From the NCBI GenBank assembly GCA_963713925.1, contig OY970212.1:160001-224000 (forward strand): a stretch of DNA of 64,000 nt, in the 5' to 3' direction. Of the stretch, positions 28,757-38,463 are shown one piece after another. Source of the stretch: an uncultured bacterium. Lineage in GTDB: Bacteria; Babelota; Babeliae; Babelales; Vermiphilaceae. The notes beneath the pieces are model-generated. The model was not told the origin of the DNA. It was given only the letters and a program-made list of their open reading frames with translations, and ran no database searches. Made by a program: the position numbers and the translations under genes. Within the stretch, counting starts at the first letter, position 1. Every line of letters starts with the position of its first letter.

Positions 28757-31309
28757 ATGGACACGCAACACGTAACACAATCTGTCGGGTCTTTGTTTGG
28801 GACACAAGCTTCGACAGAAAATAATAATGTAAGTATGTTTCGAGTAACGGCTGTTGACGGCACTTTGGTGCCATTACATATAGCGCAGTTACAAGATTCT
28901 ATTTACTGGGCTTCTCAGGGGTATGAGAGAAGCATTTCAGTCTCGTTAGTTCTTGAAGAAGTGATGCGCAATGTATTTGACGGTATAACGACCAAAGAAC
29001 TTGCAGACGCTCTGATTCTTGCCTCAAGCGCGTACATTGAAAAAGATCCGGCCTATTCAGCGCTTGCGTCGCAACTGATGCTCAAAAAATTGTATAAAGA
29101 AGTGGTTGGTTCTTCTATCCGCTCTTTAACAATGACTCAAGAATATCGCCAATCGTTTGTTTCAGGAATACACAAAGGGGTGACCGAACAAATATTTGAT
29201 TCGCGTTTGCTTGATTATGATCTTGAAATGATTTCATCAGCATTGGTCATTGAGCGAGACCATTTGTTTGGTTACATGGGTATGAGAACATTGTATGAGC
29301 GCTATTATGCTCGAACAGAATCGCAACAACGTTTTGAATTGCCACAGGCATTCTGGATGCGCGTTGCGATGGGATTATGCTACAACGAAAGAAACAAAAC
29401 TGCCAAAGCCATTGAATTTTATCATTTGATGTCGAGCATGCGCTATGTTCCGGGCACTCCGACTTTGCTTCACTCCGGACTTATGCGTCCACAACTCAGT
29501 TCGTGTTTCTTGGGGACTGTTGAAGATGATTTGAAACATATTTTCAAATGTCTTGGCGATAATGCACAGCTTTCAAAATGGTCTGGGGGCGTAGCCTATG
29601 ACTGGACAAACGTGCGTGCAACTGGTGCGATGGTCAAAAGTATCAAAACAGAAAGCCAAGGGTTAATTCCATATCTTAAGATCGCAAACGATGTGACTGC
29701 TGCAATTAATAGATCAGGGAAACGTCGCAGCGCTGCTGTTGTATATCTTGAAACATGGCATTTGGATGTTGAAGATTTCTTAGATTTGCGTCGAAACACC
29801 GGTGATGAGCGTCGTCGTGCCCATGATATCAACACGGCAAATTGGGTGCCTGATTTGTTTATCAAGCGAATAATAAACAATGAGCAGTGGACTCTCTTTT
29901 CACCGGATGAAGTATCAGATTTGCATCATATGTATGGAAAAGCATTTGAAAAACGATACCAAGAATATGAACGTATGGCGCAAGAAGGCCACATTAAAAA
30001 GTTTAAGGTGATCGAAGCGGCCGTGCTTTGGCGTAAGATGTTGTCACGTCTGTTTGAAACCGGACACCCTTGGATCACTTTTAAAGATCCATCAAACATT
30101 CGCTCTCCACAAGATCATGCAGGAGTGATCCACAATTCAAACTTGTGCACCGAAATTACGCTCAACACCAGCGCACAAGAAACTGCGGTGTGCAACTTGG
30201 GTTCCGTCAACTTGGCTCGGCACATTAGCAATGGCCGCATTGATGACGAGATGCTTAAAGAGACCGTTACAACTGCGATTCGCATGCTTGATAACGTGAT
30301 CGATATTAACTTCTATCCAACAGCAGAAGCTGAATTTTCAAATATCAAGCATCGTCCGATCGGATTAGGCTTGATGGGCTTCCAAGATGCACTCTACAAA
30401 CTTGATATTGCATTTGATGAGCCGGCTTCGCTTGATTGTGCTGATGAAGTGATGGAAAAAATTTCCTATCACGCGATTATGTCATCTTCGCTTTTGGCAA
30501 AAGAACGGGGAACCTATGCTTCATATCATGGTTCCAAATGGGATCGTGGATTATTCCCACAAGATACTCTTGATTTGCTTGAACAAGAACGTGGCATGCC
30601 GATTGAAGTTTCCAGAACCGGAAAACTTGATTGGACGCCGGTTCGCGAACATGTGAAACAATATGGTATGCGTAACTCAAACACTATGGCAATTGCACCA
30701 ACAGCAACGATTTCCAACATTGTGGGCAGCTTCCCGTGCATTGAACCGATTTACAAAAACTTGTATGTTAAAGCAAATATGAGTGGCGAATTTACCGTTG
30801 TAAACGAGTATTTGGTCGAAGATCTCAAGAAATTGAATTTGTGGAATGATGAAATGCTTGATCAACTCAAGTATTATGACGGAAGCGTGCAAATGATTGC
30901 TTCTATCCCATATCATATCAAACACAAATACAAAGAAGCATTTGAAATCTCTCCTGAGTGGCTTGTTGAGCTGACTGCCGCGCGTGGTAAGTGGATTGAT
31001 CAAAGTCAGTCACACAATGTATTCTTAAAAGGGACTTCCGGAAAACAACTGAGCGACTTATATATTCTTGGTTGGAAGAAAGGAATGAAAACCTTCTATT
31101 ACTTACGCACCCTCGGCGCGACACAAATTGAGAAATCAACGCTTGATGCTAAAAAGTATGGATTCACACAAAAACGTGAATACACTACGACACAGCAAGC
31201 GCCAACAGCATCGGTTGAAACCGTTACTGAAAATGTAACTGTTGATATCAAGATGACAAAAACAAGCTGCTCGATTTCTGCTGATCCGAGCTGTGAAGTG
31301 TGTCAATAA
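28757..31309 (+). CDS. nrdA: Ribonucleoside-diphosphate reductase alpha subunit (class I)
   Basis: TPTL, LSSCF, SNLCTEI, VCNLGS, IAPTATIS, C-terminal CxxC. Confidence 0.97.
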   Translation: MDTQHVTQSVGSLFGTQASTENNNVSMFRVTAVDGTLVPLHIAQLQDSIYWASQGYERSISVSLVLEEVMRNVFDGITTKELADALILASSAYIEKDPAYSALASQLMLKKLYKEVVGSSIRSLTMTQEYRQSFVSGIHKGVTEQIFDSRLLDYDLEMISSALVIERDHLFGYMGMRTLYERYYARTESQQRFELPQAFWMRVAMGLCYNERNKTAKAIEFYHLMSSMRYVPGTPTLLHSGLMRPQLSSCFLGTVEDDLKHIFKCLGDNAQLSKWSGGVAYDWTNVRATGAMVKSIKTESQGLIPYLKIANDVTAAINRSGKRRSAAVVYLETWHLDVEDFLDLRRNTGDERRRAHDINTANWVPDLFIKRIINNEQWTLFSPDEVSDLHHMYGKAFEKRYQEYERMAQEGHIKKFKVIEAAVLWRKMLSRLFETGHPWITFKDPSNIRSPQDHAGVIHNSNLCTEITLNTSAQETAVCNLGSVNLARHISNGRIDDEMLKETVTTAIRMLDNVIDINFYPTAEAEFSNIKHRPIGLGLMGFQDALYKLDIAFDEPASLDCADEVMEKISYHAIMSSSLLAKERGTYASYHGSKWDRGLFPQDTLDLLEQERGMPIEVSRTGKLDWTPVREHVKQYGMRNSNTMAIAPTATISNIVGSFPCIEPIYKNLYVKANMSGEFTVVNEYLVEDLKKLNLWNDEMLDQLKYYDGSVQMIASIPYHIKHKYKEAFEISPEWLVELTAARGKWIDQSQSHNVFLKGTSGKQLSDLYILGWKKGMKTFYYLRTLGATQIEKSTLDAKKYGFTQKREYTTTQQAPTASVETVTENVTVDIKMTKTSCSISADPSCEVCQ

Positions 31310-31359
31310 TCATACCCCACGCACGCTTACGCTGAGCGTGGGGGCCCCATAAAAACTTA

Positions 31360-31629
31360 GGAGCTTATACGAAAAATTAAGCTGTCCGAATAACAAAGGT
31401 CGGCTGTCAAGAGGCACTTGTTTCAGCAACTTGTCCGTACGTCTTCGCCAAAGGCTACGCCGCACACGGCCGTAGCTTGGGTGAAAAAGCCTGGATAAGC
31501 AAATGCCGGGTCCCAAATGAAGCGCACGCTGAATTTGGGTAAAAGGCTGGATCTAGGTTAAGTGGATCCTGAAATAAATTCAGGATGACGAAGTAATAAG
31601 GAACTTTCGGAAATTTTCGGATAAGCTCT
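31360..31629 (+). mobile_element. MITE-like element copy 3 (270 bp), between nrdA and nrdB
   Basis: GAGCTTATACGAAAA ... TTTTCGGATAAGCTCT; interior aligns with copies 1 and 2 plus extra inserts. Confidence 0.85.
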
Positions 31630-31699
31630 AAAACATAACAGCATTTCAGAAAACCTCGGGAAAGAGATTCAAAGCTTTCCCGAATATTAGGAAAATATC

Positions 31700-32704
31700 A
31701 TGGCAAAACAAGGAATTGTAAACAACTCAACAATTGATCCAAACAAAATATTGCCGATGCGCTATCTCTGGGCGCGTAAGCACTATAAAGACGGCGTTGC
31801 AAACAATTGGACTCCTGAAGAAGTTTCCATGCAAAAAGATGTTGAGCAATGGAAGTCAAATGATGTACTCACGCCGACTGAACGTCGCTTGATTATGTGG
31901 AATCTTGGCTTTTTCTCAACAGCTGAGTCACTGACGGCAAACAATTTGGTGCTCACGGTGTATAAACACGTAACAAACCCTGAATGCCGTCAATATCTGC
32001 TCAGACAGGCATTTGAGGAAGCAATCCATACCGACACCTTCATTTATTGCTGTGACTCATTAGGTTTGAATCCTGATGACATTTACAACATGTATGAAAC
32101 GATTCCATCGATTAAAGAGAAAGATGATTTTGTTATCAACTTAACAAAATCGATGCTTGATCCAAAATTCAATACTGTTGGATTGGCAAACATGCAGCAG
32201 TTTTTGCATGATTTAGTAGGTTACTATGTCATCATGGAAGGTCTTTTCTTCTATGCCGGCTTTGCCATGATGTTGGCTCTTAAACGGCAAAATAAGATGG
32301 TTGGCATCGGAGAACAATTTGAATACATCATGCGCGATGAAAGTATTCACTTGGCATTCGGCTGCGATTTGATCAATACAATCAAAGCTGAAAATCCTGA
32401 AATATGGACGCAAGAATTCCAAGACAAAATTGTCGAGCTTATTAAGCAAGCAGTAATTCTTGAAAAGAATTATGCTCATGATGCATGCCCACAAGGAATT
32501 TTGGGAATTAATGCACAGCAATTTTGCGATTACGTTGAGTACATTGCGGATCGTCGTTTAGAGCGTATTGACTTGCCAAAAGTTTACGGTCGCCAAAATC
32601 CATTCCCGTGGATGTCTCAATCGACCGATCTTTCAAAAGAAAAGAATTTCTTTGAAACTCGGGTGACTGAATATCAAACAGCCGGATCATTGGAGTGGGA
32701 ATAG
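31700..32704 (+). CDS. nrdB: Ribonucleotide reductase beta subunit, class Ic-type (R2c)
   Basis: FFSTAES, EEAIHTDTF, MEGLFFY, RDESIH, NFFETRVTEY. Confidence 0.95.
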   Translation: MAKQGIVNNSTIDPNKILPMRYLWARKHYKDGVANNWTPEEVSMQKDVEQWKSNDVLTPTERRLIMWNLGFFSTAESLTANNLVLTVYKHVTNPECRQYLLRQAFEEAIHTDTFIYCCDSLGLNPDDIYNMYETIPSIKEKDDFVINLTKSMLDPKFNTVGLANMQQFLHDLVGYYVIMEGLFFYAGFAMMLALKRQNKMVGIGEQFEYIMRDESIHLAFGCDLINTIKAENPEIWTQEFQDKIVELIKQAVILEKNYAHDACPQGILGINAQQFCDYVEYIADRRLERIDLPKVYGRQNPFPWMSQSTDLSKEKNFFETRVTEYQTAGSLEWE

Positions 32705-32796
32705 ACTAAACAAAAGATGCATTTTAAAATCCAAAATACATTTTTCGGTAAAGGAGATTTTCCTCTTTGAGGTAAGATCTCCTTTTTTAAGGGATA

Positions 32797-33768
32797 TTGA
32801 TTATGAAACATTTTTTAATGGGATCAATTTTTTCTTTGCTTATTGGCGCGCATGTGTGTCCGGCTGAACGAGGACTTCTCGCTATTAACAAGCTTTTTAT
32901 CTTGCAGGCTACCAAAAATAACGATGCGCAAGCGTTAGATAAGGAATTACAAAAATTGAGCCACAGCGAAAGGAAAGATCTTTTTGAATTAGATGAACCT
33001 GAAAATAATCCGATTAATGTATCCATTGTAGGAGCATCTGACGCACAAAAATTTCGTGACACTATAAATGTTTTTACGCATTATGGAGCAAATATTACAA
33101 AAAACCTATTCGATCTTTCTGTGTATGCGGTAGGTGTCGTTGGTTATATGGGGAATAGAATTCCACTTGAAGTTTTACTAGAACCTGGTTTCGATTCGGC
33201 AGAATCTGTAATTGGTAAAGATCAATTATTTTTTATTTCACACACAATGTTTTTACGACGAACAGATATCCCACGTAAAAACTCATTTTTGGCAATGCAA
33301 TTAATAGGCGGATATACGAACCAATTATCGGAAGCGTGCGCAGCATTATTGCCAAAAAAAGTTGACGAGATTCTACAGGCAAACAAAGAATCAATTCGTC
33401 AAGTTGATTTCGAAGGATGGGATGTGTTACATAACACGATTGCATCCGCCTACCTTGCCCCTGAAGAAAATGTCATATATGGCGATATTTTTCAGATAGT
33501 CACATCACTTATTAACGCAGGGGTGAACCCTGATGGAGAAAGTTCAAAAAGAGGGCCTTATATGCAAGCAGCAATTCTTTCAGCAAAAGGCTGTGGAAGG
33601 ATGATGGCGTTGAATGCTCTTCTTGAAAATGGCGGTGACCCATACCAAAAGGCTTCAAATGGTCGTAGCGCATACGATATAGCACTTGCTGTAAATGATC
33701 TCATCTTGAGAAAACAATTGCTTACAAAATTTGAAATGTATAGACGAGAAGAAGTCCATCTCGAATGA
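32797..33768 (+). CDS. Exported ankyrin-repeat-like protein
   Basis: Signal peptide; LINAGVNPD, ALLENGGDP...GRSAYDIA. Confidence 0.7.
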   Translation: MIMKHFLMGSIFSLLIGAHVCPAERGLLAINKLFILQATKNNDAQALDKELQKLSHSERKDLFELDEPENNPINVSIVGASDAQKFRDTINVFTHYGANITKNLFDLSVYAVGVVGYMGNRIPLEVLLEPGFDSAESVIGKDQLFFISHTMFLRRTDIPRKNSFLAMQLIGGYTNQLSEACAALLPKKVDEILQANKESIRQVDFEGWDVLHNTIASAYLAPEENVIYGDIFQIVTSLINAGVNPDGESSKRGPYMQAAILSAKGCGRMMALNALLENGGDPYQKASNGRSAYDIALAVNDLILRKQLLTKFEMYRREEVHLE

Positions 33769-33821
33769 CGCGTCACGGATTGAAAGTTGTAACTTTTACA
33801 GACTCATTTTGCGTGCACAGT

Positions 33822-33867
33822 AAAAAAAGCACCACGCAAGAAAAATTTTCTTGCGTGGTGCTTTTTT
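33822..33867. terminator. Bidirectional intrinsic terminator
   Basis: AAAAAAGCACCACGCAAGAAAA-A-TTTTCTTGCGTGGTGCTTTTTT perfect inverted repeat between convergent genes. Confidence 0.9.
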
Positions 33868-33879
33868 GTATCAATATTC

Positions 33880-35853
33880 TTAAATCAATACCAATAGCAA
33901 TGAAACTACTGACATTAACTTAATCAAAATATTCAGTGCTGGGCCTGATGTATCTTTGAATGGGTCTCCAATCGTATCGCCAATAACGGCAGAACGATGG
34001 GTGTCTGACCCTTTGCCGCCAAAATGGCCGGCTTCAATATATTTCTTCGCATTATCCCATGCACCGCCGCCATTTGCCATCATAAGCGCAAGCAACACAC
34101 CGACAACGGTCGCACCTGCCAAGAATCCGCCAAGGGAGCTCTTATCAAGCGCAAAGCGCACGATAATCGGAGATAGAATGGTGATAATGCCGGGCAAAAT
34201 CATTTCTTGCAATGCAGCACGAGTACTGATTTGAATGCAGCGTGTGTAGTCTGGTTCAGCGGTACCTTCCATAAGGCCTGGAATTGTCTTGAATTGACGA
34301 CGCACTTCCATCACCATCTTAAGCGCAGCATTACCAACTGAACGCATGGTGAGCGCTGAAATCAAGAATGGCAATGTTGAACCGATAAACACACCAACCA
34401 TCACTTTTGGATTGAGCAAATCAAGGGTAGCGATTCCTGCTTGTTGGCAATAAGCTGAGAACATTGCCAAAGCAGTCAACAATGCGGATCCGATTGCAAA
34501 ACCTTTACCCATTGCTGCGGTTGTGTTTCCAAGCGCATCAAGCTTGTCAGTAATTTTACGCACCGGTGCACCGAATCCTGCCATTTCAGCAATTCCGCCT
34601 GCGTTATCAGCAATTGGGCCATACGCATCAACGGTCATGGTGATACCAACGGTCGCCAGCATTGCAACTGCGGTTAAGGCAACGCCGAACAATCCGCCAC
34701 CAAATTGATACGCAAGTAAAACAATGATTCCTAAGATGATCACTGGAGCAACGGTTGATTCCATACCAACTGATAATCCATAGATCACGTTGGTTGCAGC
34801 GCCTGAGCGCGCACTTTCTGCGGTGCGTTCAACCGGTTTTCCGCCGGTGTAATACTCAGTAATCAAACCGATGATAATGCCGGCTGCGCATCCAAGCACT
34901 ATTGCAATAAAGAGCGCAAACTCGATATTCATATAACGAACATAGCCATAAGATAATGCGACAAAAAGCGCTATGGAAACATAGGTTGCATTGCGCAACA
35001 TTGCTGCCGGTTCAAAACGAATGAATAAGTTTGAAGCAAGACCAATCAGTGAGGCAAAAAGACCAAGCACGGAAAGCGCGAGTGGAAGAGCCACATAACT
35101 CAATTGTCCTGAATAGGCTGTGATTGCCAAAATGGTTGAAGAAACCATGGCTCCTACATATGATTCATAAATATCTGCGCCCATGCCGGCAGTATCGCCA
35201 ACGCAGTCACCTACGTTGTCAGCAATAACAGCTGGGTTACGTGGGTCATCTTCAGGAATATTTTCTTCAACTTTTCCTGCCAAATCAGCGCCAACGTCAG
35301 CCGATTTGGTAAAAATTCCGCCGCCAACACGCGCGAAAAACGCAACGAGCGATGCACCCAAGCTAAATGCGGTCAAATAAATGATAAAGCGAGGATCTGA
35401 GCTGAAGAAAAAGAAGATAAGGCCAAGCCCAAGCAAGCCAAATGCTGCCACGGAAAGACCCATCACGCCGCCACCAAAGAATGAAATCATAAATGCAGCA
35501 TGCTCACCTTTGTTTTTTGCTGCAATGGTTGTGCGAACATTTGCATCAGTTGCCGCAATCATACCGATGAAACCGGTGACCATTGAAAGGATCGATCCTG
35601 AAGCAAACAATAATGCTGCGGTCAAGTTCAGAAAGTAACCGATTGCGCCACCCACTAGTAAAATGACGAGCGCGATAATGGCATACTCTTCTTTTAAGAA
35701 GGTCATTGCTCCGCCGCGAATCGCGCGGGCAATTTTTAATGCTTTCGCATCATCAACCTTGATGCTTTTCAAATAGCTCAACAGATAGGCAACCACTGCC
35801 AATCCGACTAGGGAAATCCCCGTAGAAGCTAACAAATAATGTGTTATCTCCAT
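33880..35853 (-). CDS. hppA: Membrane ion-translocating pyrophosphatase, K+-dependent type
   Basis: [35 protein letters not shown] (Ala = K+-dependent), DPFKDTSGP. Confidence 0.96.
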   Translation of the reverse strand: MEITHYLLASTGISLVGLAVVAYLLSYLKSIKVDDAKALKIARAIRGGAMTFLKEEYAIIALVILLVGGAIGYFLNLTAALLFASGSILSMVTGFIGMIAATDANVRTTIAAKNKGEHAAFMISFFGGGVMGLSVAAFGLLGLGLIFFFFSSDPRFIIYLTAFSLGASLVAFFARVGGGIFTKSADVGADLAGKVEENIPEDDPRNPAVIADNVGDCVGDTAGMGADIYESYVGAMVSSTILAITAYSGQLSYVALPLALSVLGLFASLIGLASNLFIRFEPAAMLRNATYVSIALFVALSYGYVRYMNIEFALFIAIVLGCAAGIIIGLITEYYTGGKPVERTAESARSGAATNVIYGLSVGMESTVAPVIILGIIVLLAYQFGGGLFGVALTAVAMLATVGITMTVDAYGPIADNAGGIAEMAGFGAPVRKITDKLDALGNTTAAMGKGFAIGSALLTALAMFSAYCQQAGIATLDLLNPKVMVGVFIGSTLPFLISALTMRSVGNAALKMVMEVRRQFKTIPGLMEGTAEPDYTRCIQISTRAALQEMILPGIITILSPIIVRFALDKSSLGGFLAGATVVGVLLALMMANGGGAWDNAKKYIEAGHFGGKGSDTHRSAVIGDTIGDPFKDTSGPALNILIKLMSVVSLLLVLI

Positions 35854-35868
35854 ATGATCCTTTATAAA

Positions 35869-35926
35869 ACATGTTTTTAATAACAGTATTTTAATGTAAC
35901 AAGAGCATACGGATTTGCAAATTCTA
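35869..35926. repeat. 58-bp direct repeat, copy 1 (hppA upstream region)
   Basis: ACATGTTTTTAATAACAG...GCAAATTCTA; two mismatches to 36787-36844. Confidence 0.92.
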
Positions 35927-35947
35927 TCAGCAAGAAGTCCATCTTAA

Positions 35948-36754
35948 TCAAGATCCACAGCCGCCACAACCACCGCCCCCATCTCCGCTGCTACAACCGC
36001 TACCATCTCCTGAACCACAACTTGAGCTATCTCCGCTATCAGTTGAGCCAAAAGCACTGCTACCACAGCTTGAATTTGATTTGTCAGGAACAAAGCTCGT
36101 AAGCCAAGTCGTAGCCAATAGTGCCATATCAGCCGGCGAATGATCTTGGCTCGATTTATTAATATCTTCAGCACGTTGTGCCGCAAGTGACATTTCTATG
36201 CAATTCGATGAACATATCTTTAATCCATCCCAAATCTCAACATCCGGGGTGGTATCAAAATATTCTTGATATGTTGTTATAAATTGCATTTTTTCCTGAA
36301 CATTGCATTTTTTGGGACAACCTTGCCCAGGTTCAAACGGGATGTGATATAACATTTTTTTATGATCATTGATAGGTAGAAAGGAGCAAAAATGTTCGTA
36401 GTCTCTGTTGAAAAGCAAAAATGTATGCCACATTTTATCAACATCTTTACTAAACATGTTCACCGATTTTCCACTCGTGCTTGCTATTATTGCATATCGA
36501 ATCCATTCTTTGCGTATTTTTTCAGCGTGCTCGAGAGTAGATTTTGAATCTTTTATGTACCGCCTTAAAACCGCGTGTGGAATTTGTCGCTCAAAACTAT
36601 ATTCCAATAATTTCCCACGACCACTCCAATATGATGTCTGTTGCGAATAATTTCTTCTGTGGACTGCCGGTCTCTGATACGTTTTTACATGCATTGAAAA
36701 AAGAGGGCTTGAAATGATGCACAACAGATAGGGTAAAGAACGCTTATTAATCAC
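35948..36754 (-). CDS. Exported glycine-rich-domain (GRDP-like) protein with Cys/Gly tail, paralogue A
   Basis: SKDVDKMWHTFLL..DY..FC...YHIP; tail GGGGCGGCGS. Confidence 0.75.
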   Translation of the reverse strand: MINKRSLPYLLCIISSPLFSMHVKTYQRPAVHRRNYSQQTSYWSGRGKLLEYSFERQIPHAVLRRYIKDSKSTLEHAEKIRKEWIRYAIIASTSGKSVNMFSKDVDKMWHTFLLFNRDYEHFCSFLPINDHKKMLYHIPFEPGQGCPKKCNVQEKMQFITTYQEYFDTTPDVEIWDGLKICSSNCIEMSLAAQRAEDINKSSQDHSPADMALLATTWLTSFVPDKSNSSCGSSAFGSTDSGDSSSCGSGDGSGCSSGDGGGGCGGCGS

Positions 36755-36786
36755 TTTTTAATCCCTTTAACGCATCAAAATACACT

Positions 36787-36844
36787 ACATGCTCTTAATA
36801 ACAGTATTTTAATGTAACAAGAGCATACGGATTTGCAAATTCTA
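36787..36844. repeat. 58-bp direct repeat, copy 2
   Basis: Matches 35869-35926. Confidence 0.92.
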
Positions 36845-36928
36845 ATAATAAATATTGCAATTTGATTATTTAATATAATACAATAGACATGATTGGATTA
36901 TAACGGAAAATAATCGAGAGTCTTTACA

Positions 36929-38437
36929 ATGAAAAAGTTTATTTTAGTTTCAGTCCTCGTAATGTCATATTTCTCGCCAGCTATTGAAGCTTCAGACGTT
37001 GAAACCGTCGTATTTGATGACGGAACTCAATTTAAAGCCGATCGCGCTACATTGGAAACATCAAGCGTATTGAAAAATCTGCTTGAGGCTACCAAAGGCA
37101 AAGAATTGCCAATTTCCGGAATCTCTTCTGCAACGTTTAAAAAACTGTACGAATTCATGCAAATAACCAAAGAAGAAAAACCTGCTTTGCGAAAAATTTG
37201 GCCCCATCTGAGTGATCCGATTGAACAGCGTGCTCAGACATTAGATTTGAATACAACAAAAGAACTGCTCATTGCAGCGGATTTTTTCAATATCAAGCGA
37301 TTGATAGAACCATTTATTAATCATTTTGTAGATTTGTTGGTAAGCAATGAACAATTAAAGAAAATGCTCAAAGATCCAATTACCTTTATGAATAAAATAA
37401 AGTTAAATCCTGTTCTAGATGAATTGGTACGTCAAAAAATTATGGGTAATACTGATGTAAAAAAAATATTCATACGAATCATTGAACGAGCACCAAGAAA
37501 AATTGAAACGTTCTGTGCCGGCAACATTAAGTTTTCTTCAGAATCAAAAATTTTAGGTGAATGTGAGTGGCTTCCAAGTGGTGATTTCTTGATAAATTCA
37601 TGGGATCCAAAAACCGGAAAGTCTATAGACACCTTTGTAGGGGGTCAGCTTTATTACAATACAACAACTTCCCCAGACGGTTCGATGTATCTATCTACTG
37701 AACGGCGACTCACCAAATTATTATCGAACACGGTTAGTATTGAACACGGTTACGGTCTTGTGTTGCACAAATATGATACAGGAGAACCATTGCGTAAATT
37801 CGGCAATGCATTTAATCAACATGACACATGGATTAGTTTTGAGATATTTTCTCCCGATGGCTCACTGGTCGCCAGTGGATCTAATGATGGAGCTCTCAAA
37901 TTATGGGACACCAAGACCGGAAATTTACTGCGCAATTTTACTGGTGGTCATAAAGAAAGGATTACTTCAATTGCTATCTCTAGCGACAATTCAACTTTGG
38001 TGAGCATAGGCTACGACAATGCCATGAAGATATGGGATATCAAAACAGGTGATTTATTACGCTCTTTCGATTTCAGTGGATACCTTTACACCCCAGTCGC
38101 AATTTCACCGAGCAACTTAATGTTTGCTGCATCCGGCAAAGACTCCTCCAAAAAGGAATATAACATCGACATATTCGATATGTCCGTTGAACAAATGCCT
38201 CTTGATCTCGCCTTACTGCTTTTGGCTCTCTCAATTGATCCTTTAAAAGAAATTTCGCAACCACAGATAGATATTAAAGACATACAGCCTATCGCAACCA
38301 ATGCGCTTGAAAAAATAGACGATGAAGATGTAAAACAATCAATCAAAAAATATATCGAACAAAGAGAAAAACTCTTTTCATCATGGTGGACTGCATTTCT
38401 GTATCGATTCCGAAAAGCCGGTAGTCAATTTGAGTAA
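36929..38437 (+). CDS. Exported Skp1/BTB-POZ-like plus WD40-repeat protein
   Basis: SSVLKNLL, ELLIAADFFNI; ASGSNDGALKLWD, GHKERITSIAIS, MKIWD. Confidence 0.85.
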   Translation: MKKFILVSVLVMSYFSPAIEASDVETVVFDDGTQFKADRATLETSSVLKNLLEATKGKELPISGISSATFKKLYEFMQITKEEKPALRKIWPHLSDPIEQRAQTLDLNTTKELLIAADFFNIKRLIEPFINHFVDLLVSNEQLKKMLKDPITFMNKIKLNPVLDELVRQKIMGNTDVKKIFIRIIERAPRKIETFCAGNIKFSSESKILGECEWLPSGDFLINSWDPKTGKSIDTFVGGQLYYNTTTSPDGSMYLSTERRLTKLLSNTVSIEHGYGLVLHKYDTGEPLRKFGNAFNQHDTWISFEIFSPDGSLVASGSNDGALKLWDTKTGNLLRNFTGGHKERITSIAISSDNSTLVSIGYDNAMKIWDIKTGDLLRSFDFSGYLYTPVAISPSNLMFAASGKDSSKKEYNIDIFDMSVEQMPLDLALLLLALSIDPLKEISQPQIDIKDIQPIATNALEKIDDEDVKQSIKKYIEQREKLFSSWWTAFLYRFRKAGSQFE

Positions 38438-38463
38438 TAAATAGAGTTTACTTTAATATATAT

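Noticed and set aside
28757..31309. Intein or intron in nrdA
   Set aside because: Continuous ORF of normal length with no splice-junction or endonuclease motifs
33748..35944. 13-bp match AAGAAGTCCATCT on both sides of hppA
   Set aside because: Too short; one copy lies in coding sequence; compatible with chance
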